Source of the DNA: Patescibacteria group bacterium | GTDB lineage: Bacteria; Patescibacteriota; Minisyncoccia; Phycocordibacterales; PALSA-1337 | Reading direction: 5' to 3' | DNA: 64,000 nt | Assembly: GCA_038065395.1 (NCBI GenBank) | Contig: JBBTRB010000002.1 | Span: forward strand, 50,647 to 114,646 | Shown here: positions 1-10,826 of the stretch, piece after piece | Numbering within the stretch: position 1 is the first letter of the stretch | Layout of the letters: each line of letters begins with the position of its first letter | Position numbers and translations under genes: made by a program | Notes under the pieces: generated by a model | What the model was told of the DNA's origin: nothing | The model's input: the letters and a program-made list of their open reading frames with translations, nothing else | Database searches by the model: none

Positions 1-93
1 ACCAATATGCCATAGTCGCATTATAACCAGTAAGGCCTACCCTTGCTACCCCGACAATGTTAGAGTAGTCCGCAGAACCTAGACGCTCTTCAT

Positions 94-453
94 ATGCCTA
101 CACTCTACATCCTCTCGATCGGCTTGTTCGTCGCATGCATCGTCTTTGGGATCTCAGGCTACTATGCCTACAGATGCCTGGTGATACATGACGCATTCCT
201 ATTGGTGAAAAAAGTATTCGGAACAGATGCGAGGCGTGACAGCGATATTTGCGCAGCTTTGCACCAAGCGGGCATCAAACTCTCAAACCACGAGTTCACA
301 TGGTTTCTCCGCAAGCTCATCGAGACCGACCGGGTACACATTGACGTATCTGAACCTCGAGAGTATGTTGTGTTTTCTTCAGGCGAGAAATGGTATCGCC
401 TCGGAGAAAGGCGTGCTCGTGCAAAAAGAATGTACGACCACAATACGACATAG
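94..453 (+). CDS. Membrane-anchored winged-helix-like hypothetical protein
   Basis: N-terminal hydrophobic helix followed by a wHTH-like segment (FLRKLIETDRV...KWYRL); same layout as the next two ORFs. Confidence 0.6.
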   Translation: MPTLYILSIGLFVACIVFGISGYYAYRCLVIHDAFLLVKKVFGTDARRDSDICAALHQAGIKLSNHEFTWFLRKLIETDRVHIDVSEPREYVVFSSGEKWYRLGERRARAKRMYDHNTT

Positions 454-591
454 CCTGTGACACTCTTCTCACTGACCCCCACAACCCACCCTAACCGGTG
501 CGGTTTTTTATTGCTCTTTTCCAAGGTTGACCTCATCCCCTATTCGTTATAGATTGCACCTAGCTTAGTTCACTTACAACTCAATAACGTT

Positions 592-951
592 ATGTCACCC
601 AAACTATCACTCGCACTCATCGGTCTGGCGTTGATCATTCCACTTCTCGTAGGCGCTTGGTGCGTCGGGAGAAAGTACATGATCCAAAGGAAGAAAGATC
701 TGGTCACACACATCATTATCGAATCACTCAGAGGAGACGGAGAGCTTATCGAGCCCTACTTGGTAAATTATGTCGTACAACTCAAAACTGGCGTGGATTC
801 CCGAGAGGCAAAAAGTCTTCTTGACGAACTGGAAAATGCAGGAACCATAGTAAGCCGAGACGTTCGAGGAGATCCTTTGGGTCCCTGGAAAGCTTACAGC
901 CTTGCCGAGACTCAAACAAAACAACCTGTCGAACGTATAACGAAGGCTTAA
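592..951 (+). CDS. Membrane-anchored winged-helix-like hypothetical protein
   Basis: TM helix, then EAKSLLDELENAGTI...WKAYSL. Confidence 0.6.
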   Translation: MSPKLSLALIGLALIIPLLVGAWCVGRKYMIQRKKDLVTHIIIESLRGDGELIEPYLVNYVVQLKTGVDSREAKSLLDELENAGTIVSRDVRGDPLGPWKAYSLAETQTKQPVERITKA

Positions 952-953
952 CT

Positions 954-1268
954 ATGGATCTTATTTATCTCCTTTGTTCGATCTTCGTAGCCTGCGCTTT
1001 TGGAGCCTTCGCCACATGGAGAGGTAACAAAGAGAAGAATCGTAGGGCTCGCCTGTTCATCGGTCGTTACCTGGATGAGAGGCATGAAGTATCTGCGCAA
1101 GAATTACACTTCAGACTCAACGAGGAAGGACTTACTTTCTCCGTTCGCGCATTCGAGGTTTTCATGGGTCAACTCGTAGCAGAAGGTTTGATCTCCTATG
1201 AAAATCAGCCGGGGGGTGCGAGACTCTACCGACTCCCTTCGGGCAATTCTATGCGAGAGATGGTTTGA
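954..1268 (+). CDS. Membrane-anchored winged-helix-like hypothetical protein
   Basis: TM helix, then FMGQLVAEGLIS...ARLYRL (PadR-like wing); starts 2 nt after the previous stop. Confidence 0.6.
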   Translation: MDLIYLLCSIFVACAFGAFATWRGNKEKNRRARLFIGRYLDERHEVSAQELHFRLNEEGLTFSVRAFEVFMGQLVAEGLISYENQPGGARLYRLPSGNSMREMV

Positions 1269-1330
1269 GAATACGTTTCTCCCCACATTCCCCACGTTCA
1301 CAGGAACATGGGGAATTTTTTTACCTCAAC

Positions 1331-2854
1331 TTACTTCCCCAAATCCAACACTTCATCGATACGGATCTGTTCGACGAACTCTGGTACGTGAGAGACGAGG
1401 ATCATGGCACCTTCGTATTCATCGAGTGCCTTTGCGATCACAGGGATATGACGGAAGTTGATATGGTTGGTCGGTTCATCGAGGATCAGGAGTCCGGGAC
1501 GGAGCAAGACGAGACGTGCAAACGCAACCAATCCCTTCTGCCCTTCAGAGAGACTACCGATCTTGGTATGGATCGCATCAGCACCGATCAGGAAGCTTGC
1601 GGCAACGGCGCGGAGCTCGGTTTCGATGAGACGTCCATCGACAGCACGGATGATCTTCTCGAGTGACTGATACACCGTGTCATTGAAATCCATCATAGAA
1701 AAATCCTGACGATAATATCCGACACGAACACCTGGTGAGATCGTAGTACCATCGACACCATTTACAATCTTCTCCAAGAGAGTACTTTTGCCGATACCAT
1801 TTGGCCCAGAAAGTATCAGGTGGTTTTTCTTGCGCAGGGTCACATCACAGGTACGTTTGACGATCTTATGAGTCGTCGGACTGACGATCGAATAGGAAGA
1901 AATCTTGATGATGTCACCGATGAGATCTGGCTGACTCGGTATCGTGAACGGCTTGATCGTACGATCCTCTTTGCGCACGTCGACTTTCTCTTCTTCGAGT
2001 TCTTCGGCACGCTCGCGCATGCGCTTTGCGACCAGACGCATCTGACCTCCCTTCATCGCAAAGAAGTTCGCCTTGTCTTTGTTCTCTTGGATCTCTTTGG
2101 CGAGCTGCGCATTCTTCATATTCTCCTTTTCGATACGTGCAGAGATCTGCTCTACCACTGCAAAATAGTTACCGACGTATTGTTCGATCTTGCGAGTATA
2201 CACATCGAGATACAACACCCCATGGGTGAACGCATTGAGGAACTCCGCATCGTGAGAGATCACCAGACACGTCTTCTTGTAGTTGATCAGAAACTGGGTC
2301 AGATGTTCGATACCTGCCTTGTCGAGGTTGTTGGTCGGCTCGTCGAGGAGCAAGATGTCCGGATCCTGGATCAGAGCCGAAGCCAGGAGCAGTCTCGCCT
2401 GTTGACCGCCAGAGAAACTTTTGACCAAGCGATCCTTGATGTTGGTGCCGTCTTTGACCGTGGTGAGGTTGACCACTTCGAGCACTTCATCGATACGGGG
2501 GTCGATGTCGTATTTCTTTTCTTTGAAACAGGTTTGGAAAAAGTCTCGCACCGAGAGTTCGAGCTTGTCGCGAGGGATGACCTGACGCGCGGTCGCGATC
2601 GTAGTTCCCTGTGGCAGATGGATCGTACCTGATTCGGGAGAATGATCCCCTAGAAGGAGTCCGAAGAGTGTCGTCTTGCCTGCGCCGTTCTGGCCCATGA
2701 TGGTAACCTTGGTACCACGTCGTACGGTAAAGTTGACCTCATCGAGGATCGGTTTGTTGTGACCGTATTCGAAAGACACATCTTCGAAGCGGATCACCGT
2801 CTCTCCCCCAAAGGCTTTGGCGGCTGACTCTGACTGTTGAGTGCGTTTTGACAT
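1331..2854 (-). CDS. ABC-F family ATP-binding protein
   Basis: Two ABC domains ([21 protein letters not shown]; [21 protein letters not shown]), helical linker, no TM segments. Confidence 0.92.
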   Translation of the reverse strand: MSKRTQQSESAAKAFGGETVIRFEDVSFEYGHNKPILDEVNFTVRRGTKVTIMGQNGAGKTTLFGLLLGDHSPESGTIHLPQGTTIATARQVIPRDKLELSVRDFFQTCFKEKKYDIDPRIDEVLEVVNLTTVKDGTNIKDRLVKSFSGGQQARLLLASALIQDPDILLLDEPTNNLDKAGIEHLTQFLINYKKTCLVISHDAEFLNAFTHGVLYLDVYTRKIEQYVGNYFAVVEQISARIEKENMKNAQLAKEIQENKDKANFFAMKGGQMRLVAKRMRERAEELEEEKVDVRKEDRTIKPFTIPSQPDLIGDIIKISSYSIVSPTTHKIVKRTCDVTLRKKNHLILSGPNGIGKSTLLEKIVNGVDGTTISPGVRVGYYRQDFSMMDFNDTVYQSLEKIIRAVDGRLIETELRAVAASFLIGADAIHTKIGSLSEGQKGLVAFARLVLLRPGLLILDEPTNHINFRHIPVIAKALDEYEGAMILVSHVPEFVEQIRIDEVLDLGK

Positions 2855-2943
2855 GAACGTATAGAGTACAACAGTTTGGTCTGATTGACAATTACTTTCA
2901 AGAGAGTAGTGTTATTGTCAGAACCTCAACCAAACCTTGCTCT

Positions 2944-3411
2944 ATGGCAACATTGATAACATTCAGAGAATTGTACGGTCAACTGAACGTCGACATATGG
3001 AACTATCCCGTGGAGATCTATGATGAAAAATCTGGATATGTAACACGTGGCAAGTGTGCCGAAATCCATATCTGGGATAACGGCAGCATCAAACGCATCG
3101 CCCTTTCAGGCGTAATCGTATGGAACCATTCACGAAAATCCTGGGAATCCAGAGAGGCCCAACTCAAAAGAAAGGGACCGATAGTGGCATCCTTCAACTT
3201 CAACTACAGACACACAGAATTCATGGAAGGACCTTTTGTCACTAACACCAAGGAAATCACCTTCACCTCTCTACATGAAGTTGATCGGCGCTTCGTCACC
3301 TTCTTCCCTGCCGGTTGTCGAGTCCCCAAAAGACCCTGCGCGTACGACAAGCATCAAGAGTGCCTTCATCTCATCTCATCTAAATCGAAACCAACTCCCC
3401 GTCGCCCTTAG
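2944..3411 (+). CDS. Hypothetical protein
   Basis: 155-aa ORF filling the intergenic space, followed by a hairpin and T-run. Confidence 0.55.
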   Translation: MATLITFRELYGQLNVDIWNYPVEIYDEKSGYVTRGKCAEIHIWDNGSIKRIALSGVIVWNHSRKSWESREAQLKRKGPIVASFNFNYRHTEFMEGPFVTNTKEITFTSLHEVDRRFVTFFPAGCRVPKRPCAYDKHQECLHLISSKSKPTPRRP

Positions 3412-3644
3412 TGGTTGCGGGATTTTTTATACAAAAAAGGGCTCCACCGATCTCACCCGGCGGAGCTTGAAGTAGGGAACAAAACAACCCTACTAGATGA
3501 CATGGCTACCCAACCTCTCATCTGTGTATAAGTATAGAATTATTACCCCAAAAAGAAAATCCCGTCCCGAAGTGAATTGAGATAAGCCTAGGACAGACCT
3601 AGGCCTTGTAAAATATAAGAATTAATGTTATAATTATACCCTCT

Positions 3645-4940
3645 ATGTCCGATACTAAGACTACACATACTACCTACGACGTCGCCGTGATCGGTGGTGG
3701 ACCAGCTGGGATGATGGCCGCGGGACGTGCTGCAGAACGTGGTCTCTCTGTAGTACTCGTCGAGAAGAACGACTCTCTCGGCAAGAAGCTCCTCATCACT
3801 GGTGGAGGTCGCTCCAACATCACCAATGCCGAGTTCGACGAACGTGTCTTCTTGGACAAATTCAAGAACAATGCCAAATTCCTCTTTTCGGCTTTTTCGC
3901 AACACAACGTCGAGAAAAGTCTGACATTCTTCCATGATCACAACATGCCTACCAAGACAGAGGCCGAGAAGCGCGTCTTCCCTACCAGCAACAAGGCTCA
4001 GTCAGTATGGGATGTCCTCGTCGCCTACATGAAGAAGGGCAACGTCACCATCCTTTCCAACACCGAAGTTGGCGCTTTCAACACCGCAGAAAAAGACGGC
4101 ACGACCACGATCGAAAGTCTTCGCCTCAAAAAGAATCCTCACGGTCTCAAAGAGCTCCGTGCCAAGTCTTTCATACTCGCAACCGGTGGTACATCAAGAC
4201 CAGAGACAGGCTCAACAGGTGATGCACTCCCTTGGCTGACCAAGCTCGGCCATACTGTCGTACCTCCATCAGTATCACTCGTACCCGTCTATATTCGTGA
4301 ACCATGGGTCAAGCGCCTCCAAGGTGTCACCGTCAAAGACGTCAAACTCTCACTGATCTCTGACGACAAGAAGATAGAGAGTCATATGGGCAAGATCCTC
4401 TTTACCCACTTTGGTATCAGTGGTCCGACCATACTCAACATGAGTAGTGATATCCGTGAACTCCTCTCGTACGGCAAGGCATACGTGTCACTCGACCTCC
4501 TCCCCAAACACGACTATTCGACACTCAACACAGCTCTCCAAGACCTCTTCAAAAAAGATCACAACAAAAAGATCAAAAACGTCCTCGACGCCCTGATACC
4601 GAGTGCGCTCGTACCTGTTGTGATCGAGATCTCCAAGATCAACCCCGACACCAAGACCAACAGTATCACTCGCGAAGAACGTCTCCATCTCGTCCAGCTT
4701 CTGAAGGATATTCGCATGGAAGCAACAGGACTTCTCGGTACCGACAAAGCCATCGTCACCTCTGGTGGCGTACGACTCCATGAGATCGACTGGAAGACCA
4801 TGTGTTCACGCAAGGTCCCCAACCTCCATATCATCGGTGATGTCCTCGATATCGACCGACCGTCGGGCGGATATAGTCTGCAACTCTGTTGGACGACCGG
4901 GTTTGTGGCTGGAAATTCTGTAGGGAAAAGTGGCAACTAG
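3645..4940 (+). CDS. HI0933/BaiN-family NAD(P)/FAD-dependent oxidoreductase
   Basis: GGGPAG, GKKLLITGGGRSNITN, ATGG, LFTHFGISGP, VTSGGV and GGYSLQ motifs. Confidence 0.92.
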   Translation: MSDTKTTHTTYDVAVIGGGPAGMMAAGRAAERGLSVVLVEKNDSLGKKLLITGGGRSNITNAEFDERVFLDKFKNNAKFLFSAFSQHNVEKSLTFFHDHNMPTKTEAEKRVFPTSNKAQSVWDVLVAYMKKGNVTILSNTEVGAFNTAEKDGTTTIESLRLKKNPHGLKELRAKSFILATGGTSRPETGSTGDALPWLTKLGHTVVPPSVSLVPVYIREPWVKRLQGVTVKDVKLSLISDDKKIESHMGKILFTHFGISGPTILNMSSDIRELLSYGKAYVSLDLLPKHDYSTLNTALQDLFKKDHNKKIKNVLDALIPSALVPVVIEISKINPDTKTNSITREERLHLVQLLKDIRMEATGLLGTDKAIVTSGGVRLHEIDWKTMCSRKVPNLHIIGDVLDIDRPSGGYSLQLCWTTGFVAGNSVGKSGN

Positions 4941-4983
4941 AAAATCACATTGACTTCTCTCATTACTAGTTACCAATTACTGA

Positions 4984-5376
4984 CTACTTAATCGGCAGAC
5001 TCTTCAACATTGCTCTGATCCTCTTGTACTCGGGCACCACCTCTGCGACCAGTTTCCAGAATGCCGGTGAATGGTTGAACTGACCGAGGTGACAAAGTTC
5101 ATGCACGACGACATAGTCACGGATCTCCTCGGGCAGGAATGCCAGACGATAATTGAAACTCAAGCCGCCTCGACGCGAACAACTCCCCCAGCGTGTCTTT
5201 TGATTCTTCACTGAGACCCGAGTATATACGAACCGATAGTGTTGGTTGAAATGCACAACTCGCTCACGAATGATCCGCAACGCCTCGTTCTTATGTGCCA
5301 GGAAGTCGCGTCGTCCCGTCGAGACAACCGATGCGATCTTGCGTCTATATATCCTCCGGAAAAGCCACATGTCCAC
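4984..5376 (-). CDS. YgjP/DUF45 family zincin-like metal-dependent hydrolase
   Basis: KTRWGSCS and YVVVHELCHL...NHSPAFW. Confidence 0.88.
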   Translation of the reverse strand: MDMWLFRRIYRRKIASVVSTGRRDFLAHKNEALRIIRERVVHFNQHYRFVYTRVSVKNQKTRWGSCSRRGGLSFNYRLAFLPEEIRDYVVVHELCHLGQFNHSPAFWKLVAEVVPEYKRIRAMLKSLPIK

Positions 5377-5501
5377 AGTATTGCATATTATCTATGCAGT
5401 GCTAAAGTATCCCCTGGTCACGGTCAATATGGAAATTGGTCGTGTATGCACCCGAGCCGGTCGGCCTACCGGTAAAAACAAAACAAAAAAAACAAACGGT
5501 T

Positions 5502-5648
5502 ATGAGTCAACGTTCCAGACCGCCCATTCGGCAACAAACGAGGAACAGCAATCAGTGGAGATTGCCAGCGCCTACCACAAGAAAGTCCCCCGGGATTTTC
5601 GGGGCATTCCATCAGGGGCTCGGCAACTTGGCACGACTTGCCAAGTAA
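5502..5648 (+). CDS. Putative small basic protein (48 aa, MSQRSRPPIRQQ...)
   Basis: ATG after an A-rich leader, directly followed by a perfect UUCG hairpin. Confidence 0.35.
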   Translation: MSQRSRPPIRQQTRNSNQWRLPAPTTRKSPGIFGAFHQGLGNLARLAK

Positions 5649-5669
5649 CCAAACTCATTCACACATGCA

Positions 5670-5698
5670 AGCGCGGCAAACCTTCGGTTTGCCGCGCT
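5670..5698. terminator. Intrinsic terminator-like hairpin (UUCG loop)
   Basis: AGCGCGGCAAAC-CTTCG-GTTTGCCGCGCT between convergent ORFs. Confidence 0.7.
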
Positions 5699-5711
5699 CT
5701 TCTATTTCAAC

Positions 5712-7115
5712 CTAATCATTCTTACGAAAATCCCTACCCTTATTCCCACCTCTGTCTTCTCGATCTTTCTTTTGGATTTGGATCTTGCCACTAGATTGCT
5801 TTTTGTTTTTCTCGAGACTTTTGACCGCAGAACCCGTGAGAGATTTTGAGTCTACCTTACTCACAGACTCCTTTGTAGAACTTTGTGATCCGGATTTCTT
5901 CGACTTCACACCTTCCTTGAACAAGAGCTCAGCCTCCTTTGCGGCACGTTCTGCTTCGAGGATCTGTGTACGAGCCTCGTCATCTTGGCCACGATCTTGA
6001 TACTCTTCGGCTTGGCGAATATATGCTCGTGCCTCGTCGAGATTGCGCGTCGTCGTATCGAACAGTTTGCCCTGCAATGAACCCGGGGCAACTTTTGTTT
6101 TGGTGATACGTGCGGTTATATCGGCGATCATCTTGTCTGTCGATGCTTTGCGACGAGTGTATGTTGCAGGATCTTTCTGGGAGACTGACTTTTTGGATTG
6201 CACAGAAGACGTAGGAGTCACTTGAGGTTGTGGCGCGATAGGTGCAACAGATGCATCAGAAACGTTGCCAGCCTCATTGGCAGTAGGTGCGGACTCGATC
6301 GACATCATCATCGACATCGTAGCCGCTACAGGGACTTCGGCCACCGAACCCGAACTGCGACTGCCTCGTAGAGACTCGGCACGTGAACGTGCCAGAGATG
6401 CCACCACAATCCTCTTGTCTTGTTTGTCCTCGTCATCCTCCGTGGGTGCCTGTCGTGCGGATCGTGAAGCATCATCCTCAACACTCTTCATCGAACGTGC
6501 TTGCAGAGTGATGCGCGGTGCGTCATTCTCCGCGATCACTTCCAGTACCTGCGCACGAGCACCGAGACCCGCCTGGAATGCCACACTGATCTCGTCAGCG
6601 CGATCTTCGGCACCCTCCTCTCTCACACGCTGCAGAGCACGGTCAAAGTCACGAGTGTGCTGATCTAGACGTGTCTCTATCTCTGCCTGTGTAGTGTCGT
6701 CGAGCTTGCCTGTGGTCGCCAGCACACTTGCTTCTTCGATACGTCGCTCGGCTTTCTCTGCATTCCAGTTCGCCTGTCCCTCCGACGAGACCGTGAGGGT
6801 GTCACGGAGAGGTTCGACGATGTCCACCTTGATCGGGTACAGGACACTTCCTGGCAAAGCTCTCTCTGCCGCAGAGACGACTCCACCACTACCGATGATG
6901 ATGACGAGTGCGAGACTTGCTACTACCCATCGCTGCTGGGTGACCCAGGTATTGAAGGTATATACACTCCATGGACTCTTCACGTGTCGAGGAGTGGCCT
7001 CAGACTGTGCAACAGGCATAGCCACGATACGTGCACGCATCGCGTTTTTCTCTGTATCCGTCATGCGGATATGTTTGAGATCTTCTATTGCTTTGTTGAA
7101 TCTGTTGTCTTTCAT
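5712..7115 (-). CDS. Putative anti-sigma factor (single TM, DUF5667-like extracytoplasmic domain)
   Basis: Overlaps the sigma factor stop codon; TM followed by ALPGSVLYPIK motif and helical repeats. Confidence 0.75.
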   Translation of the reverse strand: MKDNRFNKAIEDLKHIRMTDTEKNAMRARIVAMPVAQSEATPRHVKSPWSVYTFNTWVTQQRWVVASLALVIIIGSGGVVSAAERALPGSVLYPIKVDIVEPLRDTLTVSSEGQANWNAEKAERRIEEASVLATTGKLDDTTQAEIETRLDQHTRDFDRALQRVREEGAEDRADEISVAFQAGLGARAQVLEVIAENDAPRITLQARSMKSVEDDASRSARQAPTEDDEDKQDKRIVVASLARSRAESLRGSRSSGSVAEVPVAATMSMMMSIESAPTANEAGNVSDASVAPIAPQPQVTPTSSVQSKKSVSQKDPATYTRRKASTDKMIADITARITKTKVAPGSLQGKLFDTTTRNLDEARAYIRQAEEYQDRGQDDEARTQILEAERAAKEAELLFKEGVKSKKSGSQSSTKESVSKVDSKSLTGSAVKSLEKNKKQSSGKIQIQKKDREDRGGNKGRDFRKND

Positions 7116-7666
7116 ATGTGTGATGGCTCGCTCTCCTCTATCGTATATCCACTGATCCGCCGAAGCTCTTCGAGTCCTCTGTTGATGCGTACCGATGCCG
7201 CGTTGGCTGATATATTCAAAATCTCTCCGATCTCCCCTGGTGACAGCCCTTCGACATAGCGGAGATATACTGGTTGTCGATACGAGGAGCTCAGTTTGGA
7301 TATCGACTGTACGAGGAATCGACCCTCTGACTCCATCTCGATATCCATCTTGGCGTTTTCTTGTGGAGGCTCGAAACTCTCTTCGTCATCTGGTCCCGAG
7401 AGACCCTCGAGTGAAACGGCCTTCTTCTTGCGATACCAGTCGATGATCAGACGATGTGCGATAGTAAAAAGGAAGGATCGTGCATGAGTCATCTCTTGGC
7501 CACGACCGAGACTTTGCCACAAACGAGTGAATGTCTCTTGGGTAATATCGAGTGCAATATCTCGATCTGACACTCGAAGTATACAAAAGCGGAATATGGC
7601 ATCAGAATACTCGGAATACAGGCTCTCGAACGTCTTCGTATGGGTAGTGTGCTGTGTCTGTGACAT
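7112..7666 (-). CDS. ECF RNA polymerase sigma factor
   Basis: Region 2 (DITQETFTRLW, FLFTIAHRLIIDWYRK) and region 4 (LRYVEGLSPGEIGEIL...VRINRG). Confidence 0.93.
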   Translation of the reverse strand: MSQTQHTTHTKTFESLYSEYSDAIFRFCILRVSDRDIALDITQETFTRLWQSLGRGQEMTHARSFLFTIAHRLIIDWYRKKKAVSLEGLSGPDDEESFEPPQENAKMDIEMESEGRFLVQSISKLSSSYRQPVYLRYVEGLSPGEIGEILNISANAASVRINRGLEELRRISGYTIEESEPSHI

Positions 7667-7727
7667 ATAACGATAGAGATGGGCTTTTCTTTCTATAAAA
7701 CATATAACAAAAAAGGGGTATTGTCCA

Positions 7728-7753
7728 TGTAACCTTTGGGCACCCGTGACGTT
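7728..7753 (+). promoter_or_regulatory. Putative ECF-type promoter (TGTAAC-N16-CGTT)
   Basis: Matches the AAC/CGT ECF promoter layout; lies upstream of the gene divergent from the ECF sigma. Confidence 0.55.
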
Positions 7754-7811
7754 ATACCTCTTGTGAGCGCGTTCGGGCGCTCTTACCGTTTTACGAATTA
7801 ACTCACCTTAT

Positions 7812-9083
7812 ATGAATACTCACTTCAAGGCCTCTATTGGATTCCTCATCGTCGCACTCCTGCTCGCATCTCCCGCAGTCGGATTGGCGAGAGAGAACGA
7901 ATCGAAAGGCAAAGACAAGAAGCAAGAAACTCACAAAGTAGAAAAGAAAGATTCCTCATCGAAAAAACAATCCGATGACGATGATAAGGATGACAAGAAA
8001 AAGAAAGATGGTCGCAAGGATTCGAACTCAAAGACATGTCTCCGTGCATGGGGTCATATCTTCGCCCCAGGTTGGCTCAAGAAGAATGCCGACGTTGCTC
8101 GAGACGGCACTTGCCACCTTCCCTTCGGTATAGGGAAGAAGTTCCGTGGACACAATGCCACAACAACCCCGGACACAACCGCACCTGTCATAAGCTCGAT
8201 CTCATCGAAGCCCGCCAAGACTCAGGCCGAGATCCGTTGGACAACCAACGAGAAGTCCGATAGTACGGTCTTTTGGAGTCTGACCTCTCCGGTAGATGTC
8301 TCGGCTTCTGCTACCAAGTCTGTTACTCAGAAGGCATTGGTCAAAGACCATCAGGTCATCGTGAAGAACCTTGCAACAAGTACAACTTATTACATCGTTG
8401 TCCGATCTCGTGATGCAGCGGGCAACACAACTACTTCAGAAACCCGCTCCTTCACGACCAAAGCCCCTTCTACAGATACTGGCGCACCGACGATCGGTAA
8501 TGTCGCCACGATCATCAGTACCAGTACTGTCAGAGTCGGTTGGACTAACAACGAGAACGCAACTGGCAGAGTCTTCTATTCCACCACTCTCCCGGTAGCA
8601 CTCTCTGGTTCTGGTGCACAGTTCATCAACAGTGCCTCAACCAGCAAGAGTCACTCGGTCATTCTGACCAGTCTCACTCCGAATACGACCTACTACATGG
8701 TCGTCGAGTCCACTGACACCTCTGGCAATGTATCGACTTCAGCAACATTCTCAGCCAAAACTGCAGACCATGTTGTCTCGGATACAACTGTCCCTGTTAT
8801 CAGTGCTGTAGCCACTTCGGCAGGCACCTCGACCGCCACAGTCACCTGGACTACCAACGAGTCTGCAGACTCCAAGGTCTTCTGGAGCGCTACGAGTCCG
8901 GTCAACCTTTCATCTGTCTCTACCCCTTCGGTGAGCGAGACAAGTCTCGTAACCAGTCACTCGCTCTCATTGAGTAGCCTCGCTACGAGTACACAGTATT
9001 ACCTCGTCATCAGATCCAAAGATGCCGCAGGCAATACCACAACCTCGAACGAATTCTCATTCACTACTGGTTCTGGATTGTAA
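7812..9083 (+). CDS. Secreted protein with three fibronectin type III-like repeats
   Basis: Signal peptide; repeated WTTNE...H...L...TTYY...S.D.AGN units. Confidence 0.85.
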   Translation: MNTHFKASIGFLIVALLLASPAVGLARENESKGKDKKQETHKVEKKDSSSKKQSDDDDKDDKKKKDGRKDSNSKTCLRAWGHIFAPGWLKKNADVARDGTCHLPFGIGKKFRGHNATTTPDTTAPVISSISSKPAKTQAEIRWTTNEKSDSTVFWSLTSPVDVSASATKSVTQKALVKDHQVIVKNLATSTTYYIVVRSRDAAGNTTTSETRSFTTKAPSTDTGAPTIGNVATIISTSTVRVGWTNNENATGRVFYSTTLPVALSGSGAQFINSASTSKSHSVILTSLTPNTTYYMVVESTDTSGNVSTSATFSAKTADHVVSDTTVPVISAVATSAGTSTATVTWTTNESADSKVFWSATSPVNLSSVSTPSVSETSLVTSHSLSLSSLATSTQYYLVIRSKDAAGNTTTSNEFSFTTGSGL

Positions 9084-9184
9084 AATATAACTTATCTTCT
9101 CTGAAAAAAGAGCCCAGGTCTATCCTGGGTTCTTTTGTATATTAAAAAAGCCCGCCTCGATACCCTATCGAAGAGGGCTACTCA

Positions 9185-9673
9185 TCACCGCCAAAACGTT
9201 GCATGTCGCGGAGTCAGGCGATACTTGAGCCAGTACCAGACGATCACCGGTTGCTGTCCGGCGATATTCTGGATCACAGGCACAAACTGATTGCCATGAT
9301 TATCATACGCTGTTGATGCCCAGAGTAAGACTTGCCAATCTCCACACTTCTCTCGGAGGAGTCCTGCATCGATGAGCCGGTGCGCGTCACCTAGGCCGAG
9401 ACAATATACGAGCTGTCCCACACCGACGATCCTCTCGAGCAACTCTTCGGCGACAGCATCTTTCCCTAAACCGAAGTTATAGTCATCAAGAGGATCATGG
9501 GTAGCGATGTCTCTCGGTATTTCGAGACGATTACTGTTGAGTCGATACAATATCAGCTTCGCAATATCCGAACCCAAGTATCCCTTCAGACCAGGATATA
9601 CGAAGTCGACCATCGAATCTGGCAACTCATCAGGACGAACGACCAAACCAACAAGCGGTTGCTGTAATGTCAT
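9185..9673 (-). CDS. Hypothetical protein
   Basis: 162-aa ORF between terminators; no recognised motif. Confidence 0.55.
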   Translation of the reverse strand: MTLQQPLVGLVVRPDELPDSMVDFVYPGLKGYLGSDIAKLILYRLNSNRLEIPRDIATHDPLDDYNFGLGKDAVAEELLERIVGVGQLVYCLGLGDAHRLIDAGLLREKCGDWQVLLWASTAYDNHGNQFVPVIQNIAGQQPVIVWYWLKYRLTPRHATFWR

Positions 9674-9804
9674 AGTTCATTCTCTTTCACACGTACAGAG
9701 GTTATCTAAAAGCTTATAATGGCATGGAGTTGGGACAAAAAGCAACATTTGACTAATAAGAAAGGTGGGTATATCGTGAGTTCAGAAAGGTTTGAAAACA
9801 CGCT

Positions 9805-10707
9805 ATGAAAAATATGATATACCATCGTGTCCCAAGGAAGTACCATCTACACTGGGATTGCCTCAGATACTCGATCGTTGTTTCGGTACACAATGACTGC
9901 ATTCGAACATTCAAAACAATCCCGATGACTTCTCCATGGGTGCAAGGCATCAGAGAAGCGCACTGTCCCGATCCGTTATTCTGTACGTTCCACCCTGATC
10001 TACAGGGTGAATTCTTTGGATTCGGCTCATGTATCCGCAAGACACATGTCCATAGAGACTACACCGAATTCATCATCGCTCTTCCACAGATACGAAAAGA
10101 TACTGGTCTTACCTGCCAGGAATGTGGTGGCACTGGTGAACACGATGTGCCACTTCGTAACTGCATCCATTGCCACGGGACTGGCAAAAAGATCAAGGAT
10201 GACTGGGACACTGCCTACCTCATCACATCGAATCTCAGCCTGATGCTCAACACGATTGAGGCATGTGAAGAGACTTCAACAACAGAGAGTCAACTAGCGA
10301 CTCTATCCGCTCTTTCACAACGATGCGAAAAAGGTAGTTCAGTAAGTGGAGTATTTGGAGCCGACCTCATGGATGTGCTCCGTACCGATCCCAAAATGGT
10401 GAGCCTCATGCTATTACCCAACGTCACAGATGCCATGATAACTGCAAACCAGCACATGATGGGTCCACGATGGGAAATGGGTCTGATAGGCACATCTCTC
10501 GAAGAAGGTCATCTTGCCTTCAACTCTGGATCAGAGGGACGCGGACTCAACCTATCAGGCACCATCGATGAGCCTGGTCGCGGCTGTAGGTTCAGTAGTC
10601 ACAATATCGACACCCCCGCCCAAGCCCTGACGATCATCGCTGGCATCGCTTCACTCGTTGGACAACTCACTATTCATGCCTCGGGACAAACAGCTGCCAC
10701 TTCGTGA
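9805..10707 (+). CDS. Hypothetical protein with DnaJ-type zinc-finger motifs (start may be nearer 9925)
   Basis: CQECGGTG and CIHCHGTG (two CxxCxGxG motifs). Confidence 0.65.
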   Translation: MKNMIYHRVPRKYHLHWDCLRYSIVVSVHNDCIRTFKTIPMTSPWVQGIREAHCPDPLFCTFHPDLQGEFFGFGSCIRKTHVHRDYTEFIIALPQIRKDTGLTCQECGGTGEHDVPLRNCIHCHGTGKKIKDDWDTAYLITSNLSLMLNTIEACEETSTTESQLATLSALSQRCEKGSSVSGVFGADLMDVLRTDPKMVSLMLLPNVTDAMITANQHMMGPRWEMGLIGTSLEEGHLAFNSGSEGRGLNLSGTIDEPGRGCRFSSHNIDTPAQALTIIAGIASLVGQLTIHASGQTAATS

Positions 10708-10826
10708 AAGCATAACTCTCTCACCTCGCACTCCTCTGTGCGAGTTTTTTAATGCAACAAAACCCTAAGTCTACCCTAGGGTCTTGTTTTTTCTAATTTC
10801 TAATTACCAATCTCTACTTTCGCTTC

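Noticed and set aside
1820-2632. 270-aa plus-strand ORF, and similar long antisense ORFs (37063-38079, 52220-52888, 27139-27774, 20794-21384)
   Set aside because: Shadow frames opposite clearly identified genes; no motifs
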